Assembly: GCA_045599805.1 (NCBI GenBank)
Contig: JAZRWQ010000059.1
Span: forward strand, 1-36,532
Length of the DNA stretch: 36,532 nucleotides
Source: Eubacteriales bacterium
GTDB taxonomy: Bacteria; Bacillota; Clostridia; Oscillospirales; UMGS1783
Reading direction: 5' to 3'
Below, one piece after another: positions 1 through 9,531 of the stretch. The translations under genes were made by a program, and so were the position numbers. Numbering within the stretch: the first letter of the stretch is position 1; every line of letters starts with the position of its first letter. A model generated the notes under the pieces. The model worked only from the letters and a program-made list of their open reading frames with translations. It was not told the origin of the DNA and ran no database searches.

Positions 1-411
1 CAGAAGCGCAGAGTTGCCATTGCCGGCGTTATCGCCATGCGCCCCGATATCATAGTGCTCGATGAGCCCACCGCCATGCTCGATCCCATGGGCAGGAACG
101 AGATAATGAAGGTGCTTGAGCATCTGAACAGGGACGAGAATATAACCGTTGTGCTTATAACCCACCATATGGATGAGGCTGCCATGGCTTCGCGCATCGT
201 TGTTGTAAGCGACGGAGAAATACTTATGCAGGGCGAGCCGCATGAGGTTTTCAGCCGTGCGGATGAATTGAAATCGGCGGGACTTGACGTGCCGCAGAGT
301 ACGATGTTCTGCAATATGCTTCGGGATAACGGATTCGATATCCCCGAAAACGTCATAAACGTTGACGAATGCGTAAACGTTTTATGTAGGATACTGGGGA
401 ATGTGAAATGA
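1..411 (+). CDS. ecfA1: ECF transporter ATPase subunit EcfA1, 5'-truncated by the window edge
   Basis: Frame 1 is open from base 1. QKRRVAIAGVIAMRPDIIVLDEPTAMLDP gives the post-signature region, Walker B and D-loop, and LITHH gives the H-loop. It is followed by a second ATPase and EcfT in the canonical order. ATGA overlap with the next gene. Confidence 0.85.
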   Translation, partial: QKRRVAIAGVIAMRPDIIVLDEPTAMLDPMGRNEIMKVLEHLNRDENITVVLITHHMDEAAMASRIVVVSDGEILMQGEPHEVFSRADELKSAGLDVPQSTMFCNMLRDNGFDIPENVINVDECVNVLCRILGNVK

Positions 412-1265
412 AGCTTGAAGTAAAAAATATCTCTCAGATATACAGTAAAAAAACTCCCTTTGAGCGCAGGGCGATAAACGATGTTTCCTTAACCATAGAA
501 GGCAATGAATTCATCGGGCTTATCGGTCATACCGGCTCGGGCAAATCCACTCTTATACAGCATTTCAACGGACTTATCAAGCCTGCGCAGGGAAGCGTGC
601 TTATCGACGGTGAGGATATCCATTCTTCAAAAGAGGCGCTTCGCCGTTCACGTTCACGTGTGGGCCTTGTTTTCCAGTATCCCGAGTATCAGCTTTTTGA
701 AGAAACAGTTTATAAGGATATTGCCTTCGGCCCTAAAAACATGAAGCTCTCGGATGAGGAAATTGACAGACGCGTGCGTTCAAGCCTTAAATTCGTAGGA
801 CTTTCCGAGGATATACTTGAACGCAGTCCTTTTGAAATATCCGGCGGTCAGAAGCGCAGAGTTGCCATTGCCGGCGTTATCGCCATGGAGCCCGAGCTGC
901 TTATTCTGGATGAGCCCACCGCGGGACTCGATCCCAAGGGCAGCGCCGAGATAATGGATTTTATAAGCGGATACGTGGATGAAAACCATTCGGTGCTTTT
1001 TGTTTCACACTCGATGAACGATATTGCAAAGTATGCAAAGCGTGTGCTTGTCATGAACGATGCCGAGCTTATTATGGACGGAGGCGTTCCTGAAATATTT
1101 TCACGGGCGGAACGTCTTAAAGAGATAGGGCTTGATGTGCCGCAGATAACCGAAATATTCATCCGTCTGCGCGCTCTCGGCTATCCGCTTCCCACCGATG
1201 TATATACCGGTAAATACGCTTTAAAGCGTATACTGGAGTATAAGGGGGTGTCTTTTGATGCGTGA
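408..1265 (+). CDS. ecfA2: ECF transporter ATPase subunit EcfA2
   Basis: Walker A GHTGSGKST, signature SGGQKRRV, Walker B LLILDEPTAGLDP, H-loop VSHS. Sits between ecfA1 and ecfT. Confidence 0.9.
   Translation: MKLEVKNISQIYSKKTPFERRAINDVSLTIEGNEFIGLIGHTGSGKSTLIQHFNGLIKPAQGSVLIDGEDIHSSKEALRRSRSRVGLVFQYPEYQLFEETVYKDIAFGPKNMKLSDEEIDRRVRSSLKFVGLSEDILERSPFEISGGQKRRVAIAGVIAMEPELLILDEPTAGLDPKGSAEIMDFISGYVDENHSVLFVSHSMNDIAKYAKRVLVMNDAELIMDGGVPEIFSRAERLKEIGLDVPQITEIFIRLRALGYPLPTDVYTGKYALKRILEYKGVSFDA
849..887 (+). repeat. 39-nt tract in ecfA2 identical to bases 1-39 of ecfA1
   Basis: CAGAAGCGCAGAGTTGCCATTGCCGGCGTTATCGCCATG occurs at 1-39 and 849-887. Shorter identical blocks (GATGAGCCCACCGC, CTCGATCCCA) follow in both copies. 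Confidence 0.8.
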
Positions 1266-2067
1266 TATTACTCTCGGTCAGTACTTCCCCGGAAATTCGG
1301 TGATTCATAAAATCGACGCAAGGATGAAGATAGTATTGCTGATACTGCTCATAGTAAATATTTTTCTTGCGTCTACGCCCGTGGCATATCTTTTTGCGGC
1401 AATACTGGTATTCGCGGCGGTAATCCTTTCAAAAATACCCTTTTCGATGATACTGAAAAGCTTAAAGCCCATTCTGTACGTCGTTTTGCTTACCACTATA
1501 ATAAATCTGCTGTTTACTACCGGCGATGTCGTTTTTCAATTCTGGATAATAAAGATATCAAGGCAGGGGATTACGCGCTCGGCGGAAATGATAATAAGAA
1601 TATTCCTGCTTGTCGTTGCCACCTCTCTTCTTACCTATACCACGTCACCCATGATGCTTACCGATGCTTTGGAGCGGCTTTTGTCGCCGCTTAAAAAGAT
1701 TAAGCTTCCGGTGCATGAATTTGCCATGATGATGACTATTGCGCTGCGTTTTATCCCTACTTTAATAGAGGAAGTTGATAAAATAACGGCGGCGCAGAAG
1801 GCAAGAGGCGCCGACTTTGAAAGCGGCAATCTTTTCAGCAGGGTAAAGGCGCTTATACCTATCCTTATACCCCTTTTCGTTTCGGCGTTCAGTCGTGCCG
1901 ATGAGCTTGCCGTTGCCATGGAATGCCGCTGTTATAAGGGCGACGAGGGCAGAACGCGCCTTAAGGAATATCATCTTGCTGCAAGAGATTATATGTCTTT
2001 TGCGATAATGCTTTTGGGTCTGGCTCTAATAATCTGGACAAATATTTTGTGGAAGACCGTTTTATGA
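1258..2067 (+). CDS. ecfT: ECF transporter transmembrane subunit EcfT
   Basis: Polytopic hydrophobic protein with the EcfT-type ARGAD and RADELAVAMECR coupling-helix region. I chose ATG 1258, with AAGGGGG 9 nt upstream, over the TTG at 1255. Overlaps the ecfA2 stop. Confidence 0.88.
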   Translation: MRDITLGQYFPGNSVIHKIDARMKIVLLILLIVNIFLASTPVAYLFAAILVFAAVILSKIPFSMILKSLKPILYVVLLTTIINLLFTTGDVVFQFWIIKISRQGITRSAEMIIRIFLLVVATSLLTYTTSPMMLTDALERLLSPLKKIKLPVHEFAMMMTIALRFIPTLIEEVDKITAAQKARGADFESGNLFSRVKALIPILIPLFVSAFSRADELAVAMECRCYKGDEGRTRLKEYHLAARDYMSFAIMLLGLALIIWTNILWKTVL

Positions 2068-2831
2068 ATTATCTTGTAACAATAAGCTTTCTCGGAAAAG
2101 AATACTGCGGCTGGCAGGTGCAGAAAAACGGCGTTTCCGTATGCTCGGTCATACAAAGATGCGTTGAAACCGTCATCCGCGAAAAAACGGATATCATAGG
2201 CTGCGGCAGAACGGATGCCGGCGTAAACGCCTATAATTACCGTTTTAATTTTCATGCTTCCCAAAAGCTTGACAGCGGCTTTGCCGTAAGCCTTAACGCG
2301 CTTTTGCCGGACGATATTTCGGTTATTGGCGTAAAAGAGGTAAATGAGGATTTTCATGCAAGATACAGCGCTTTAGGCAAAAGCTATGTGTATAAAATAT
2401 GGAACAAGCCCTATAAAAACGTTTTTTTAAAGGACAGATGCTATTCATATTCAAGACCGCTCGATATCGAAAAAATGAAAAGGGCGGCAAAGTATCTTTG
2501 CGGTAAGCACGATTTTAAGGCATTCGCCGCTTCCGGCGGAAGCGTAACCGATACGGTAAGGGAAATATACGGCATACGCATTTCCGTTAACAGCGGTATA
2601 ATTGAATTCAAGCTTATCGGAAACGGCTTCCTTTATAAAATGGTGCGCTCGGTTGTAGGACTGCTCTTTTGCGTAGGCAAAGGCGTGATTTCTCCCGAGG
2701 ATGTGCCCGACATACTGGAATCCGGCGACAGAAGCCGCATAGGGTTCACTATGCCTGCAAACGGACTGTACTTCAATAAGATATACTACAGCGAAAATGA
2801 ACTTGCAAAGGAGATGATGCACGTTGACTAA
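2064..2831 (+). CDS. truA: tRNA pseudouridine(38-40) synthase TruA
   Basis: GCGRTDAGVNA catalytic Asp motif and the FLYKMVR region. ATGA overlap with the ecfT stop at 2064-2067. Conserved ecf-truA linkage in Firmicutes. Confidence 0.9.
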   Translation: MNYLVTISFLGKEYCGWQVQKNGVSVCSVIQRCVETVIREKTDIIGCGRTDAGVNAYNYRFNFHASQKLDSGFAVSLNALLPDDISVIGVKEVNEDFHARYSALGKSYVYKIWNKPYKNVFLKDRCYSYSRPLDIEKMKRAAKYLCGKHDFKAFAASGGSVTDTVREIYGIRISVNSGIIEFKLIGNGFLYKMVRSVVGLLFCVGKGVISPEDVPDILESGDRSRIGFTMPANGLYFNKIYYSENELAKEMMHVD

Positions 2832-3978
2832 TCAGCAGAAAAACGCAGGATTATACTCGCTTAAGGTCATAAAGCGTCTGTGCCTTCTGCTAATCGTATG
2901 CGTTATCTTTTTCGGCATCGTTTTCAATATCGGAAAAATAAGTGCGGATGACTTCAAGCGTATGTTTGTACGCATAGGCAACGGGCTGTCGGCAGATGCG
3001 CAGGAGACAAACGGCGAAATAGCCGTTTCGGACGATCCCACCATGTCGGCGCTGAAATTCAAGGACGGCGTTGCCGTTTCCACCTCCGACAGACTCAGGG
3101 TTTTTGACCGTTCGGGGATCGAATTCTTTTCGAACAAGCTGGTTATGGCCGATCCGATTATGCGCGTTACCGATAAGCGCATAATGATATTCGACCGCGG
3201 CGGCAAAAGCATAGGCGTTTACACAAGCTTTGCCTGCATAGGCGAAATAAAAACGGAAAACGAAATAATAAACGCATCGGTAAACGATAAGGGATATATC
3301 GCCGTTGCAACCCAGGCCGACGGTTACAAATCCATGGTTACCATGTATAACGCCAATATGGCGGAAAAATATAAGTATTACAGCGCCGACGGATATATAC
3401 TCAATACCGCGGTTTACGGCTCGGGCAAACAGCTTGCCTGCTCGGCACTGCTTGCCGGCGGAAATAAATGCCGCATAACGGCGTACAATACCTCGTCCGA
3501 AGAGCCGCTTTGCAGCGTAACTCTGAATTCCTGCTTTGTTTATAAGCTTGATTATATCGCAAAGGATAAGCTGATCGCCGTTACCGATACCGGCTGGTAC
3601 CTTATAAATACCGCCGAAAATGCCGTTATCTCAAGCAAAGCCTATTCCGGCGCATCCCTTTCCTGTTTTTGCGCTGATGGTACAAAGGGCGTATTCGTAT
3701 TTTCCGATAACGGCAACCGTTCAAGCGTGTCGATATGTGATTTTATAGCCGATACCGATTCCGAGTTCACGGTAAACGGCGCGGTGCAGAGTATTGCCGT
3801 AAACGAAAACAAAATCGCGCTGTGCGCTTCGGGAAAGCTTATTTGCTGTGACATGACGGGAAATGAACTCTTTACCGCCGAAACAGCCGCACGCAGGATA
3901 GTGGATGTTATGGGCAAATATATAATAATATCCCGAAGCGGCGGAATAAGTTATATTAAAATACAGGAGAATCAATGA
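2824..3978 (+). CDS. Uncharacterised membrane-anchored protein (one N-terminal TM helix, beta-rich repetitive ectodomain; resembles clostridial DUF5711-type proteins from memory)
   Basis: Long ORF in an operon context. TTG start at 2824 has AAGGAG 10 nt upstream. The only in-frame ATG lies after the TM helix LCLLLIVCVIFFGIVF, so the TTG start is needed to keep the anchor. ATGA overlap with the next gene. Confidence 0.6.
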   Translation: MTNQQKNAGLYSLKVIKRLCLLLIVCVIFFGIVFNIGKISADDFKRMFVRIGNGLSADAQETNGEIAVSDDPTMSALKFKDGVAVSTSDRLRVFDRSGIEFFSNKLVMADPIMRVTDKRIMIFDRGGKSIGVYTSFACIGEIKTENEIINASVNDKGYIAVATQADGYKSMVTMYNANMAEKYKYYSADGYILNTAVYGSGKQLACSALLAGGNKCRITAYNTSSEEPLCSVTLNSCFVYKLDYIAKDKLIAVTDTGWYLINTAENAVISSKAYSGASLSCFCADGTKGVFVFSDNGNRSSVSICDFIADTDSEFTVNGAVQSIAVNENKIALCASGKLICCDMTGNELFTAETAARRIVDVMGKYIIISRSGGISYIKIQENQ

Positions 3979-4676
3979 ACGTATTACTTGATATCGCGGT
4001 GGCGTCAATAGTTCTGTTATCCGTCATCTTCGGATGCAGGAAGGGCTTTTTGCGAACGATTCTGGGAACGGTTACCGCTTTGGTGATGCTCATAGCCGTC
4101 TTGGTGTTTGCCGACCCATTGGGCCGTTCCTTTTCCGAAAAGGTGGTAAGCCCGATGATAGCCGACGGCATAATAAAGAAGGCCGAAAGCAAAGCCACAG
4201 ATGCCATCCGGGACGTAAAAGACGAAAGCCTTTTAGAGCATAAATTTTTCGAAAAACTCATAAACAGCTCCGGCAGCGGTGTTCTGCAAACCGAGCGCAT
4301 GAAAAACGCCGGCGCCACCTTAAAAGAATTTCTGGTAAAAATATTATCCGAAAATTCGGTGCTTACAACGCTTTGCGTTCTTCTGACGGCACTTGTGATG
4401 ATAATAGTCATAAAGCTTCTTTCATGGCTTATCGGCAAAATAATATCGCCGGTGCGAAAGATCGGCGCAGTAAGAAGATTCGACGGATTTTTGGGTTTGA
4501 TATCAGGCGCAATAAACGCCGTTATAATTCTCGGCATTTTGGTTTCGGCGGTAAATTATGCCTCCGCGCTCTATAAGCCCGAAACCGAAAACGGAACCTT
4601 TGAAAGCGAAATTGTTGAAGAATCGGTGATTTATAAATATGTATCGGAATATCATCCGATATCTCTCTTAAAATAA
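3975..4676 (+). CDS. CvpA-family (colicin V production-like) membrane protein
   Basis: The N-terminal pattern MNVLLDIAVASIVLLSVIFGCRKGF followed by further TM helices is typical of the CvpA family. Confidence 0.6.
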   Translation: MNVLLDIAVASIVLLSVIFGCRKGFLRTILGTVTALVMLIAVLVFADPLGRSFSEKVVSPMIADGIIKKAESKATDAIRDVKDESLLEHKFFEKLINSSGSGVLQTERMKNAGATLKEFLVKILSENSVLTTLCVLLTALVMIIVIKLLSWLIGKIISPVRKIGAVRRFDGFLGLISGAINAVIILGILVSAVNYASALYKPETENGTFESEIVEESVIYKYVSEYHPISLLK

Positions 4677-4693
4677 AGAAAGAGGTATAAGAG

Positions 4694-5278
4694 ATGTATA
4701 AAAACATACCTAACATGATAACGGGACTCAGACTGCTGCTCATTCCCGTTTTCTCGGCACTTTATCTTACCGACCATTTACTGTGGGCAGTAATAGTGCT
4801 TGCTCTTGTGATGATAAGCGATGTGCTTGACGGCTATATAGCAAGAAAGTATAATCTCGGCTCGCGTCTCGGAGAGCTTTTGGATCCTCTTGCCGATAAG
4901 CTTGCGCAGATAATGATCTGTGTATGCCTGTTTATTAAAAAACTTCTGCCTCTGTGGTTTTTCATCCTTATCGTGCTGAAAGAGCTTATGATGCTGGGAT
5001 TCGGCTCGGTTGCAAGCATAGCTTTGAAGAAAAATCATGCGGTAAGCAAGGCAAAATGGTACGGCAAGGTGGCAACGGTTTGTTTATATACCGTTATCTG
5101 CGCCAATTTCATATTTCCCTCTTTCTTCATGTCGCATCAGGCAATACGCATCTTCGGCTTTTGTCTGGCATTGTTCTGGGAATATTTCGCATTTATAAAC
5201 TACGGACTGATTTATCTTAAAGTACTGCGCAGCGGAGAAAAAAGCTCCGTTGAAATAAAGGAGAGTAACGCAAAATGA
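4694..5278 (+). CDS. pgsA: CDP-alcohol phosphatidyltransferase (phosphatidylglycerophosphate synthase type)
   Basis: CDP-alcohol motif DVLDGYIARKYNLGSRLGELLDPLADKL (DGx2ARx8Gx3Dx3D). Multi-TM protein. AAGAGG Shine-Dalgarno upstream. Confidence 0.85.
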   Translation: MYKNIPNMITGLRLLLIPVFSALYLTDHLLWAVIVLALVMISDVLDGYIARKYNLGSRLGELLDPLADKLAQIMICVCLFIKKLLPLWFFILIVLKELMMLGFGSVASIALKKNHAVSKAKWYGKVATVCLYTVICANFIFPSFFMSHQAIRIFGFCLALFWEYFAFINYGLIYLKVLRSGEKSSVEIKESNAK

Positions 5279-7551
5279 TGTGTGCAAAATGCAAAAAACG
5301 GGTAGCCGTGATATTCATAACCCGCATGGAAGACGGCAAGACGATAAACGAAGGTCTTTGCCTCAAATGCGCCAGGGATATGGGACTTAAACCCGTTGAC
5401 GATATGATGGAGAAAATGGGTATCAGCCCTGATGATATCGACAATATCTCCAATGAAATATCCGAAATGATGGAGGATGAAAACTTCTCCGAGGGTGGCG
5501 CTGCCTCCCTTGGCGGAATGCTCGGCAATATCTTCAACAGCGCGGCAATGGAAACCGCAGCCGAGGAGGATGCCGCAGAAGAGGAAACAAAGGATGACGA
5601 CTCGTCCGGTAAGGAAAAATCAAAGAAGCAAAAAAAGAGAAAGTTCCTTGATAACTACTGCATAAATCTCACGCTAAAGGCAAAAGAGGGAAAAATAGAC
5701 AATATAGTAGGCAGAGACGAGGAAATATTCAGGGTAATACAGATACTCAACCGCCGCACCAAAAACAATCCCTGCCTTATAGGCGAGCCGGGCGTAGGCA
5801 AAACAGCCATTGCCGAGGGACTTGCCAAGCGCATAGCCGAGGGCGATGCTCCGGCAAAGCTTCTGGATAAGGAGATATATCTTTTAGACCTTACCGCGCT
5901 CGTTGCCGGCACCCAGTTCAGAGGCCAGTTTGAAAGCCGCGTTAAGGGACTTATCGAGGAAATAAAGAAGATAGGCAATATCATTCTTGTTATAGATGAG
6001 GTTCATACACTTGTAGGCACGGGTGATGCCGAGGGCTCGATGAATGCCGCAAATATGCTGAAGCCTGCGCTGTCGCGCGGTGAGATACAGGTTATCGGCG
6101 CCACCACCCTTGCCGAATACCGCAAATATATAGAAAAGGATGCCGCCCTTGAAAGACGGTTCCAGCCGGTAGTTGTGGATGAGCCGTCCATTGAGGATGC
6201 GGTAAAAATGCTTGAGGGCATAAAGAAGCATTACGAGCAGCATCACGGTCTTGTGATTTCCGATGAGATCGTAAGAAAGGCGGTAACTCTTTCCGAAAGA
6301 TATCTTACCGACAGATTCCTGCCCGATAAAGCTATTGACCTTATGGACGAAGCCTGCTCCAATGCCGCGCTCAGCAATAAGGCAAACAACGATCTGTATA
6401 CGGCAAATAAGGAGCTTGAAAAAATTTCCGCAAGGATAGATGCTCTGGAGCAGATCCCCGCCGATAAGATGGACGATGAAAAGTACCGCGAAATGGCGGA
6501 ATTGCGTACCGAAGAAATCCGCATGAAGGCAAAGATAGATGTGTTGAAGACCGAGGCGGATACTGAAGTGACGCTTGCCGATCTTGCAAGGGTAATCGAA
6601 CTGTGGACGGGTATACCCACCGGCAAGATACTTGCAGGCGAAAACGATAAGCTTAAAAACCTTGAGCAGGTACTCGGCGAAAAGATCAAAGGCCAGTCGG
6701 AGGCGATAAGCGCCATCGCACGCGCCGTTCGCCGTTCACGCGCCGCCCTTACGCCGAGAACGCGCCCCGTTTCCTTTATATTCACCGGTCCTACCGGCGT
6801 AGGTAAAACGGCGCTCGTCAAGGTGCTCGCAAGCGAGCTTTTCGATACGCCGGAAACCCTTATAAGGCTCGATATGTCGGAGTTTATGGAGAAGCACGCG
6901 GTATCCCGCATCATCGGTTCGCCTCCCGGATATGTCGGTTATGACGAAGCAGGCCAGCTTACCGAAAAGATACGCCGCCGTCCGTACAGCGTTATCCTTT
7001 TCGATGAGATAGAAAAAGCGCATCCCGACGTAATGAATATCCTTCTGCAGATACTTGACGAGGGCAGAATAACCGATGCGCACGGCAAAACGGTAAGCTT
7101 TGAGCATACTGTGATAATAATGACCTCCAATGCCGGCTCCAATGACACATCAAACGCCGCCGGCTTCGGTCAGACAAAGCAGGTGCGCTCAAAGGATAAG
7201 GCGTTAAAGGCGCTTTCCGAATTCCTGCGCCCCGAATTTTTGAACCGTGTTGACGAAATAATCGTCTTCAATCCTCTCGGCATGGATGCGTTCACGGAAA
7301 TTGCCGGAATGTATCTTGAGGAGCTTAAAGACGGGCTGAAGGAAAAGGGAATAGAATTCAGCTATACCGATGACGTTAAAAAGCTTCTTGCCAAGGATTC
7401 CTATTCCGAGAAGTACGGTGCGAGAAACGTACGCAGAGAGGTGGAAAAGCGCGTAGAGGATAAGCTCACCGAGGCGTATTTCGAAATGGGAAGCTTCAAA
7501 TCCGCCGCAGTAAAGGTGGAAAATGAAGAACTTTCCTTTGATATCCGCTAA
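5275..7551 (+). CDS. clpE: Clp/Hsp100 AAA+ ATPase with N-terminal zinc finger (ClpE type)
   Basis: Two nucleotide-binding domains ([15 protein letters not shown] and [15 protein letters not shown]). The N-terminus is C3-x2-C6-x22-C29-x2-C32, which is the CX2CX22CX2C signature described for ClpE. ATGA overlap with pgsA. Confidence 0.85.
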   Translation: MMCAKCKKRVAVIFITRMEDGKTINEGLCLKCARDMGLKPVDDMMEKMGISPDDIDNISNEISEMMEDENFSEGGAASLGGMLGNIFNSAAMETAAEEDAAEEETKDDDSSGKEKSKKQKKRKFLDNYCINLTLKAKEGKIDNIVGRDEEIFRVIQILNRRTKNNPCLIGEPGVGKTAIAEGLAKRIAEGDAPAKLLDKEIYLLDLTALVAGTQFRGQFESRVKGLIEEIKKIGNIILVIDEVHTLVGTGDAEGSMNAANMLKPALSRGEIQVIGATTLAEYRKYIEKDAALERRFQPVVVDEPSIEDAVKMLEGIKKHYEQHHGLVISDEIVRKAVTLSERYLTDRFLPDKAIDLMDEACSNAALSNKANNDLYTANKELEKISARIDALEQIPADKMDDEKYREMAELRTEEIRMKAKIDVLKTEADTEVTLADLARVIELWTGIPTGKILAGENDKLKNLEQVLGEKIKGQSEAISAIARAVRRSRAALTPRTRPVSFIFTGPTGVGKTALVKVLASELFDTPETLIRLDMSEFMEKHAVSRIIGSPPGYVGYDEAGQLTEKIRRRPYSVILFDEIEKAHPDVMNILLQILDEGRITDAHGKTVSFEHTVIIMTSNAGSNDTSNAAGFGQTKQVRSKDKALKALSEFLRPEFLNRVDEIIVFNPLGMDAFTEIAGMYLEELKDGLKEKGIEFSYTDDVKKLLAKDSYSEKYGARNVRREVEKRVEDKLTEAYFEMGSFKSAAVKVENEELSFDIR

Positions 7552-7566
7552 ATTTATAAAAAAGTA

Positions 7567-7595
7567 TTGCAAATTAAAAATGTTTGTGGTATTAT
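7567..7595 (+). promoter_or_regulatory. Sigma-70-type promoter for the rplS operon
   Basis: TTGCAA (7567-7572), 17 nt spacer, TATTAT (7590-7595) with a TGn extended -10. Leaves a 5' UTR of roughly 80 nt before rplS. Confidence 0.5.
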
Positions 7596-7678
7596 TGTAT
7601 GGCGTTTAATACGGGTATTCCGCTGTCGTGATTTTTCACGTTCATGAATGCACTGAGATTAATTAGGAGGAAAAGAAA

Positions 7679-8020
7679 ATGACTGCTATTGAAAAGTTCA
7701 ATCAGGGTCAGCTCAAAAGCGAAGTTGCCGATTTCAGAATCGGTGATACCGTTGCAGTTGCTGTAAGAATCAAAGAAGGACAGAAGGAAAGAATCCAGAT
7801 GTTCGAAGGTACCGTTATTGCTCGTAAGGGCGGCGGACTTACCGAAACCTTCACCGTTCGCAGACTCAGCTACGGCGTTGGCGTTGAAAGGGTATTCCCC
7901 GTACATTCTCCCAACGTTGAAAGCGTTAAGATTGTAAGACGCGGCAAGGTTCGCAGAGCTAAGCTTTACTATCTGCGCGACAGAGTAGGCAAGGCAGCAA
8001 AAGTAAAGGAAAAGATCTAA
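7679..8020 (+). CDS. rplS: 50S ribosomal protein L19
   Basis: Full-length L19 sequence (FRIGDTV...[14 protein letters not shown]...TFTVRR...GVERVFP.HSP). AGGAGG Shine-Dalgarno upstream. Confidence 0.97.
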   Translation: MTAIEKFNQGQLKSEVADFRIGDTVAVAVRIKEGQKERIQMFEGTVIARKGGGLTETFTVRRLSYGVGVERVFPVHSPNVESVKIVRRGKVRRAKLYYLRDRVGKAAKVKEKI

Positions 8021-8025
8021 GTGCG

Positions 8026-8052
8026 AAAGGGGGACGTTTAGTCCCCTTTTTT
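8026..8052 (+). terminator. Intrinsic terminator or attenuator after rplS
   Basis: Stem GGGGAC/GTCCCC (8030-8035 with 8041-8046), extended by AAA/TTT, followed by a T6 run. Confidence 0.65.
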
Positions 8053-8089
8053 CCTTATTGCAGAATTGCATAAAAAATCGGAGGGCTAT

Positions 8090-8644
8090 ATGAAGCACGA
8101 TAATACCGAAAAAAATTCAGCAGCAAAAGAAGTATTCGAATGGATAGAAACTGCGGCAATAGCCGTAGTTATCGTTGTATGTATATTTACCTTCATCTGC
8201 CGTGTCGTAATGGTTGACGGCCCGTCCATGACTCCCACGCTTCTTGACGGTCAGCGCGTTGTCGTTGCCGAGATTTTCTATAAGCCAAAGGTGGGCGATG
8301 TTGTTATTGCCTGCATCCCCGGCAAGTCCGATCCTTATGTTAAGCGTGTTATTGCGGCGGAGGGGCAAACGGTGGATTTCAATCAGCTTTCGGGAAAGCT
8401 TATGGTGGACGGTGTCGAGCTGGACGAACCGTATCTGAACGAGCCCATGACTCGTATCGACTGGTATGATCCGTCTGTATATCCTTTGACTTTAGGCAAG
8501 GATGAGGTATTCATCTGCGGTGATAACCGCAATCATTCAAACGACAGCCGCTATTCATCCATAGGTCCCGTTGATGTTGATAACATAATGGGCAGAGTTG
8601 TATTCGTGCTTACTCCCTTTAATCAAATGGGCAAAGTGAAATAA
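8090..8644 (+). CDS. lepB: Signal peptidase I
   Basis: GPSMTPTL catalytic Ser box, VKRVIA Lys box and GDNRNHSNDSR box. I chose ATG 8090, with GGAGGG upstream, over the 8066 start. Confidence 0.9.
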   Translation: MKHDNTEKNSAAKEVFEWIETAAIAVVIVVCIFTFICRVVMVDGPSMTPTLLDGQRVVVAEIFYKPKVGDVVIACIPGKSDPYVKRVIAAEGQTVDFNQLSGKLMVDGVELDEPYLNEPMTRIDWYDPSVYPLTLGKDEVFICGDNRNHSNDSRYSSIGPVDVDNIMGRVVFVLTPFNQMGKVK

Positions 8645-9531
8645 TGGATATAATTGAAGACAGAACAAATGTAATAAACTGGTTTCCGGGCCATATGCAG
8701 AAAACGCGCAGACTTATGGCTGAAAATATGAAGCTGTGCGATATTCTGTGTGAATTGAGAGACGCCCGTATCCCGAAAATGAGTGCGAACCCCGATATAG
8801 AGGGACTGGCGCCCGGTAAGCCGAGAATAATTATTTTAAATAAGTGCGATCTCGCGGATGAAAATGAAACAAAAAAGTGGCAGGATTATTTTAAAAAGCA
8901 GGGTATTTTCTGTATGCTCTGCGACTCCAAGAATAAAAACACCGCCGCAGCTTTTGAAAAAGTATGCCGCCTTGCCGCCGACGATATGCTGAAAAAACGA
9001 GCAGAAAAGGGCATAGTAAATAAAAATATCCGCGTAATGGTAGTGGGCATCCCCAACGTGGGCAAGTCCACCTTTATAAATATGGTGGCAGGCAGAAGAG
9101 CCGCCGATGCTCAGGATAAACCGGGCGTTACAAAGGGCAAGCAATGGGTTAAGGTAAACGGCTCGTCAAATCTTGAAATGCTTGATATGCCGGGCGTTTT
9201 GTGGCCCAAGATAGAAACGCAGGGGCAGGGGCTTATGCTCTGCTATACCGGCGCTATCAAGGACAGGATTCATGACATGGAATTTGTTGCAATGAAGCTT
9301 TTGAGGCTGCTGCACGATAACCATAAGGATAAGCTTCTTGCCCGTTATAAAATGAAAAACACCGATGATATGGATGATTACGAGCTTTTGGAAGAGCTTG
9401 CGAGGGCGAGAGGATTTGTAATGCGCGGCAATGAAAAGGATACCGAGCGCGCATCGGAAATACTTCTTGACGAATTCCGCAGCTGCAAAATAGGCAGAAT
9501 AACGTTGGAGGAAGCGCCTGAAAATGAGTGA
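8644..9531 (+). CDS. rbgA: Ribosome biogenesis GTPase A (YlqF/RbgA)
   Basis: NWFPGHM N-terminus and a circularly permuted GTPase (NKCD before GIPNVGKST). Conserved rplS-lepB-rbgA-rnhB order. Confidence 0.9.
   Translation: MDIIEDRTNVINWFPGHMQKTRRLMAENMKLCDILCELRDARIPKMSANPDIEGLAPGKPRIIILNKCDLADENETKKWQDYFKKQGIFCMLCDSKNKNTAAAFEKVCRLAADDMLKKRAEKGIVNKNIRVMVVGIPNVGKSTFINMVAGRRAADAQDKPGVTKGKQWVKVNGSSNLEMLDMPGVLWPKIETQGQGLMLCYTGAIKDRIHDMEFVAMKLLRLLHDNHKDKLLARYKMKNTDDMDDYELLEELARARGFVMRGNEKDTERASEILLDEFRSCKIGRITLEEAPENE

Noticed and set aside
6243-6914. 223-aa minus-strand ORF inside clpE, plus the other antisense ORFs at 5655-6246 and 6736-7192
   Set aside because: Ser/Ala/Arg-rich low-complexity translations are typical of the reverse frame of a GC-balanced gene. 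The + strand product has complete AAA+ motifs.
7596-7678. Possible L19 ribosomal-protein leader in the rplS 5' UTR
   Set aside because: Only small hairpins (for example CGTG-ATTTTT-CACG) and an 8-bp palindrome TTCATGAA are visible. I cannot match the Rfam L19 leader from memory.
7592-8098. 168-aa ORF on the minus strand covering the whole rplS region
   Set aside because: It is antisense to an unmistakable L19 gene. It has no Shine-Dalgarno and no recognisable motifs, so I treat it as a shadow ORF.
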